From NCBI GenBank assembly GCA_027022365.1, contig JALVYU010000026.1, forward strand, positions 1 to 64,000: a stretch of 64,000 bases of DNA, given 5' to 3'. Below, in pieces: positions 59,341 to 64,000 of this stretch. A program made the translations under genes and the position numbers. Source of the stretch: Desulfurococcales archaeon. GTDB taxonomy: Archaea; Thermoproteota; Thermoprotei_A; Sulfolobales; Desulfurococcaceae. The notes beneath the pieces are model-generated. The model made no database searches. It had not been told where the DNA came from and saw nothing but the letters and a program-made list of their open reading frames with translations. The first letter of the stretch is position 1; each line of letters begins with the position of its first letter.

Positions 59341-60361
59341 TAAAAACTACTTATCAGAGGGTAAGCTTCCCTGGAGATTATTATCCGAGCTACTCGAACT
59401 CCTTCCCTCAGAGGACGTGGATCTAGTTATGGGGCCCCGCATCGGAGAAGATGCAGCAGTAATAAGGCTTAAAGATGGTTTTCTTGTAGCACACGCTGAC
59501 CCTATCACCACAGCTACAGCTATGATTGGCTGGCTTGCCGTACATGTCTCGGCAAATGATATCGCTGTCAGGGGTGTAAAGCCTAGATGGTTCATTCCCG
59601 TCGTTATGATCCCTGCTAAAACAAGTATTGAAACAATGAAGAAGATATTCATGGATATGGCCGAGGCTCTCAGAAGCATAGGGGGAATTGTTATAGGTGG
59701 ACATACAGAAGTTTCACCCGATCTTTCACACCCAATCATATCGATGACTGCAATAGGTTATACGCGGGGCAGAGTTATTTTTACAAGAGATGCTGAGCCT
59801 GGCGATAGGGTTATTGCCATAGGTCCCATAGGAGGTGAGGGAGCAGCCGTCATTGCAACTGATTTTGAAAAGGTTCTCATTGATAGAGGCGTCGAACCAG
59901 GTATCATCGTAGAGGCAAGAAAATATATCAAGGAGATAAGCGTAGTTGATAAAGCTTTGAGAATAAAAGACTATGTCAGCGCTATGCATGACCCGACAGA
60001 AGGCGGTGTTCTCCAGGCTTTAAGAGAAATAGCATTGGCGAGTGGGAACGACATAATTGTTGATAAGCGTAAATTCCCTATCGACAGCACGGTGAAGAAA
60101 ATCACAGATGCGCTAGGTCTTGACCCATTGAAACTATTAAGCAGTGGCGCTTTGATCGCTACTGTTCCTCCGAGATACTTGGAAAAAATAGAGAGCATCC
60201 TACAAGATCTAGGCGAGAAGTACAGTGTTGTCGGCGAAGTCGTTGAGGGTAAAGGAAGGCTGCTACTTGTAGACGATGAGGGAGAAACACTCATTGACAA
60301 TGACATCGTTGACGAGATATACATGGTCTGGAAAAACAATTTATTCCAACAACAACTCTAA
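59330..60361 (+). CDS. AIR-synthase/HypE-like (PurM superfamily) protein
   Basis: GKLP, GEDAA, DPIT, NDIA, GGHTE, HDPTEGG, LLSSG. Confidence 0.88.
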   Translation: MINDKNYLSEGKLPWRLLSELLELLPSEDVDLVMGPRIGEDAAVIRLKDGFLVAHADPITTATAMIGWLAVHVSANDIAVRGVKPRWFIPVVMIPAKTSIETMKKIFMDMAEALRSIGGIVIGGHTEVSPDLSHPIISMTAIGYTRGRVIFTRDAEPGDRVIAIGPIGGEGAAVIATDFEKVLIDRGVEPGIIVEARKYIKEISVVDKALRIKDYVSAMHDPTEGGVLQALREIALASGNDIIVDKRKFPIDSTVKKITDALGLDPLKLLSSGALIATVPPRYLEKIESILQDLGEKYSVVGEVVEGKGRLLLVDDEGETLIDNDIVDEIYMVWKNNLFQQQL

Positions 60362-60379
60362 TCTTTATGGAAACATAAG

Positions 60380-60913
60380 GTGATCGTCGTGTCCAGGAAA
60401 GATTTACTAATAGAGGCAAAGAACGTGGCTGACTTATTGGCGAAAAGAGTAGATGATCGAGTATTATCAAAAGCAGCTCAACTGAAACCATCAATAATAA
60501 GTATTGCTCAAAGAATCTATGACCTAACAACATATCTATCGGCAATATTCAATAGTCTTGCGGAAAAGCTCGGAGGAGAAGAGCGCCCTGTAACGTCAAT
60601 AGGGCCCCATCTATACCTAGTGCTCACGGATGATAAGGTAGTTCTCATTAGGAGCAGGCCATACAGTATTGTTGTATCTTATGATAAGGGTAGGGACGAG
60701 ATAACGGTCAAAACTAGAAACGGCTATGCGGTATTCTCTCCGGGAAGAGTAGTGTTACAGAAACTGAACATGAAGATAGAATTCGATCCTACAGACGTTA
60801 TCGAGATAAGTAATAAGTATCCAGAGATAAAGTATCTGCTACGATTTATTGGCAAAACAATAGAGTTCACACTAGTACCTCTTCTAGAGAAGAGGATCGG
60901 TCTTAGCATCTAA
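60380..60913 (+). CDS. Hypothetical protein
   Basis: 177-aa ORF, AGGTGA RBS. Confidence 0.7.
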   Translation: MIVVSRKDLLIEAKNVADLLAKRVDDRVLSKAAQLKPSIISIAQRIYDLTTYLSAIFNSLAEKLGGEERPVTSIGPHLYLVLTDDKVVLIRSRPYSIVVSYDKGRDEITVKTRNGYAVFSPGRVVLQKLNMKIEFDPTDVIEISNKYPEIKYLLRFIGKTIEFTLVPLLEKRIGLSI

Positions 60914-61083
60914 GAAGACCATAATATAATCGAATTTTTACATGTTTAAAACTTATTTTCCATTATATTGTTTATGGAGAATCACGATGTTGTACAAAAA
61001 TCTATTTTATTTTTCAAAAACTAATCAGCTACGTCACTATTATCTGTTTCAATGTTTTCGTATTTAATGTAATTAAAATCTAT

Positions 61084-61734
61084 TTAGGGAGAAACCTCCC
61101 CAGCTTTTTCTTCTTCAGCGCCGACATTCAGTAGTTTCGGTAATTCTGCATACTTCTCCTTCATCTTCTGCTCCGCAACAACCTTTGCTTCTTCGAATAT
61201 CTTTCTCGCCTCGCTGTCTAAGCCTACATCGAACTGTGTGCTTATATCAGCTACTCCTGCACCTAGTGATGCTTCTAGTTCTCTCATAGCATATTGGAGG
61301 TCGATCCATATATCGGGCGCTACACTCCTTAGTACTCCTACGGCTTGTTTCATGACTGCGAGTACTGGCTTTAACTCGGTTATTGCTCCACCAAATATCA
61401 TAAAGGTCTCAAGTTTTATAGCAGCGTGTTCAAGTACATACTCTACCATTAGTAGTTGTTTAGATATCTTCCTTATCTCTGAGACTTCCTTCGCATACAT
61501 TTTAGCTCTAGCTTCATCCCTCTTCATGAGGGCCTCTACTACACGCTCGAAGAGCTCTCTGTCCTTCTGGCTGAGTCTATCAATGTAGCTCCTAACGCGG
61601 CCGATAGCCGTCTTTATCCTGTAGTGAGCCATTATAGCCTTCTTCTCTAGGGGCTCCTTATCGTTTTTGAAGAAGCTCTTTATCTTCTCCCCAACAGTTG
61701 GTTCACGCGTACCAAAGAGGTCGAATTGAGCCAT
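61084..61734 (-). CDS. ESCRT-III/CdvB paralogue (CdvB1/B2-like, no C-terminal wH)
   Basis: RL..KDRELFERVV.A....DEARAKMYAKEVSEIRK...LE...IKLET Snf7 core; EARKIFEEA helix. Confidence 0.85.
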   Translation of the reverse strand: MAQFDLFGTREPTVGEKIKSFFKNDKEPLEKKAIMAHYRIKTAIGRVRSYIDRLSQKDRELFERVVEALMKRDEARAKMYAKEVSEIRKISKQLLMVEYVLEHAAIKLETFMIFGGAITELKPVLAVMKQAVGVLRSVAPDIWIDLQYAMRELEASLGAGVADISTQFDVGLDSEARKIFEEAKVVAEQKMKEKYAELPKLLNVGAEEEKAGEVSP

Positions 61735-61863
61735 TACTATTCAGCCTCCAACGATGTATGTATCCGTTCCATAGATGGCAAGTCTTCTGCTTAAAAAAGA
61801 AAGGACTATTTGGCCTGATGACATACACATTTATATTTCCAACATTGACTGATAGAAAGACAG

Positions 61864-62244
61864 GTGATTATCATGACGACCGGTAGACAAATATTCATGA
61901 TAAAAAAGATAGTGAAACGATACGGTTTAATAGGCAAAGTAGCAGCACGATATGTCGCCGCAGGCTATGATGTAACAGTTAAACCTCCTATAAAAAGTGT
62001 CGACTTCATAGCATCAGGCCAAGGAAAGAGGTACGGGGGATTCATTGTTGCTGGGAAGACAAGCATAACCGCGGAAAAGATTGAGGAATTATCGAGGATT
62101 GCAAAATCTCATGGACTAGAGCCTTTAGTGATACTTTATGGACGGGGGGTAACAATTACTGCCGAAGCTCTGGAAAAAGCCAAAGAACTAGGTGTGAAAA
62201 TTAGAAGAGTAAGGCCTAGCAGACTGAGTATCAGGATTAAGTGA
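61864..62244 (+). CDS. Mrr/restriction-endonuclease-like fold protein, probably inactive
   Basis: YVAAGYDV...VDFIA...; ITAEALEKAKELGVKI C-terminus; no ExK. Confidence 0.6.
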   Translation: MIIMTTGRQIFMIKKIVKRYGLIGKVAARYVAAGYDVTVKPPIKSVDFIASGQGKRYGGFIVAGKTSITAEKIEELSRIAKSHGLEPLVILYGRGVTITAEALEKAKELGVKIRRVRPSRLSIRIK

Positions 62245-62353
62245 TCAGGAAACACTATTTTAGCAATCTAAACACTACTTTAACGTTGTAAGAAGAATAA
62301 ACAAGAATATTTTATCAAATCTATCCACTATAGATCGGAAGAGATGACAACCA

Positions 62354-62650
62354 ATGAACAAAGAAATAATTGATCAATATATTATCTGTAGGGATAATTG
62401 CCCACTAAGATTCATTGAAGCGCTCGCTATGAATGGCTTCACAAAAGAAGCACGTGTTGAAAACTGCGATAAACCACACTATCAGAAAATCGTTGTAAGG
62501 TTAATTAATGATATGACAGTAGCTAGTGAATGTAGATTTGACGAAGAAGTAAGACAAAGCATGAAAATTATTGGTGTGTACATAGAACTGGCCCGAAAGA
62601 ATCGCGCGGCAGAACAGCTAGAAATTCTACGGAAACCAGCAATCGATTAA
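62354..62650 (+). CDS. Hypothetical protein
   Basis: 98-aa ORF, Cys-containing. Confidence 0.6.
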   Translation: MNKEIIDQYIICRDNCPLRFIEALAMNGFTKEARVENCDKPHYQKIVVRLINDMTVASECRFDEEVRQSMKIIGVYIELARKNRAAEQLEILRKPAID

Positions 62651-62763
62651 TGCAACAATGTTTTATATCAATCTCTTAGAAATATCAATACATTAATTCT
62701 AGGGTTCCTAAGATAAAAACTTGAAGGTAAAGCTTGAAAACAATGAATAAAGAATACTAATTT

Positions 62764-62825
62764 TAGTGATGAATGGTATTACCGGCGACCAATTAAAGGG
62801 ATGAGCGGGCCCCATTTACTGAATA
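62764..62825 (+). ncRNA. Box C/D guide sRNA; D' guide complementary to 16S 530 loop
   Basis: C GUGAUGA 62766-62772 - AUGGUAUUACCG - D' GCGA - C' GGGAUGA - GCGGGCCCCAUUUA - D CUGA 62819-62822. Confidence 0.8.
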
Positions 62826-62867
62826 AAGTGTCCATAAAACATGCAATAATCAAGAAATTTTGTACTG

Positions 62868-64000
62868 GTGATTGGCCTGCGTACCCTTACTGCTGGTATG
62901 ATGTTCATTATTCTTGTAGCATTTTTACTCAATACGAGCCTAAATTATGCAGTTGGTCATGAATCTATAGCTATCCATGTAGAACTACTTGATGGTACAC
63001 CATTACCGAATGCAACTATATCGCTTATTCCCAGTAGTGATATTATGCATATCTACACAAACACTACCAATGCATCTGGTGTCTCAGTCTTCAATATACC
63101 GTCACCATTATCGGGTAACCTCAAGATCCATTTAACGATAGAATATAATGTATATGGGATCATCTATGACGGCGAGAAGACTATCGATACTATAACGCAA
63201 AGTAAACATATCATCAATATCATCCTCCCATACACAGTACTTAGCAAGGAAATAAGAATTACTGATGAGTACGGTGAAAACGTATCTGGCCATATAGCTC
63301 TATTATTTAATCATGTACGATTACTTAACGTAAACTTCAGTAATGGCGTAGCATTGATAAGTGGTAGAATGGGTAAACATGTACTCTTATGGTCGAACAA
63401 TACATTGTTTCAGAAAAGATATATGTTATATGTTACTGTCGGCAATACCTCAACAGGCTTTGAAGGAATACCCAGCAATATACATATCGATATAAGGCCT
63501 CCGAGAATTAAGGTGCTAGGAACCACGGGGAGATATTATCCTTCGCTCGGGATAATCCATGTGGAGCTTAAGCTGATTATCAGGGATGGGGTGACAACGT
63601 CTAAGGATACGGTTAAGGCAATAGTATTGTTGAAGCATTGTAGCATGGATGAATGCATATTTAAACCGGGAATCAAAACCTCGTTGGGTGGTCATTATTA
63701 TTCACAGTATATGAACGTCACCATATGGTACAATATTCAGCAAGCATACTTCGCAGGGGAAAAAGTGGCTAACATTAGCTTTATAGTATCAGTAGAGGAT
63801 CCGGGTAATCACTGTGTAGACATCGTTAGACATATTGTTGTACCTTTAAATATGGCTACGTCATCAAATACTTTAAGCTCAGCGAGTCCCCCAATGAGCA
63901 TTCAGAATGGCTCGGCTACTATCATAAGAACAATTAGTGGAGAAAAAGGAACTATAGCTAGTAATGCCAATCTTCTAAACTGGATTATCAGGAACACAGG
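62868..64000 (+). CDS. Secreted/cell-surface beta-rich glycoprotein (runs off window end; not in ORF track)
   Basis: Open frame VIGLRTLTAGMMFIILVAFLL...DGTPLPNATISL...TTNASGVSVF (carboxypeptidase-regulatory-like), many NxS/T sequons. Confidence 0.72.
   Translation, partial: MIGLRTLTAGMMFIILVAFLLNTSLNYAVGHESIAIHVELLDGTPLPNATISLIPSSDIMHIYTNTTNASGVSVFNIPSPLSGNLKIHLTIEYNVYGIIYDGEKTIDTITQSKHIINIILPYTVLSKEIRITDEYGENVSGHIALLFNHVRLLNVNFSNGVALISGRMGKHVLLWSNNTLFQKRYMLYVTVGNTSTGFEGIPSNIHIDIRPPRIKVLGTTGRYYPSLGIIHVELKLIIRDGVTTSKDTVKAIVLLKHCSMDECIFKPGIKTSLGGHYYSQYMNVTIWYNIQQAYFAGEKVANISFIVSVEDPGNHCVDIVRHIVVPLNMATSSNTLSSASPPMSIQNGSATIIRTISGEKGTIASNANLLNWIIRNT

Noticed and set aside
61815-61853. CTGATGA...CTGA between the cdvB paralogue and the Mrr-like gene
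   Set aside because: Too short and AT-rich, and it overlaps TATA-like promoter sequence.
603-61886. Numerous 60-175 aa antisense or alternate-frame ORFs in the track
   Set aside because: They are shadows of well-supported genes, Ser/Ile/Leu-rich and without motifs.
1-64000. CRISPR arrays, IS elements, rRNA or tRNA genes
   Set aside because: I saw no regularly spaced repeats, transposase motifs, terminal inverted repeats or cloverleaf/rRNA signatures by eye.

Overview
Gene-dense, mostly housekeeping window from a hyperthermophilic crenarchaeon. It looks like Desulfurococcales, judging by GGTGA/GAGG ribosome-binding sites, frequent TTG/GTG starts, a CdvB/ESCRT-III paralogue, IorAB, AcdA, Taw3 and DTD2. 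It holds about 60 CDS. I found no rRNA, tRNA, CRISPR array, transposase or integrase. Most notable: (1) an unassigned ~175-nt GC-rich four-way-junction RNA on the minus strand at 12033-12207, with its own TATA box and U-tract; (2) six box C/D guide sRNAs not in the ORF track, several with readable targets (tRNA-Gln U34, 16S 530 loop, 23S peptidyl-transferase centre), two carrying inserted hairpins; (3) an adenine deaminase / SsnA-like amidohydrolase / YgeW-like transcarbamylase cluster suggesting anaerobic purine catabolism; (4) a co-directional run in which an intact nucleotidyltransferase and a nuclease-less Hef-like helicase are interleaved with three apparent pseudo-enzymes (phosphoesterase, EndoIV, Sir2); (5) a missed 41-aa acidic, Cys-tailed peptide upstream of a YkgJ protein; (6) genes that seem to need non-canonical start codons. 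All assignments come from motif recognition by eye. No database searches were run, and rRNA/tRNA target sequences are recalled from related crenarchaea.
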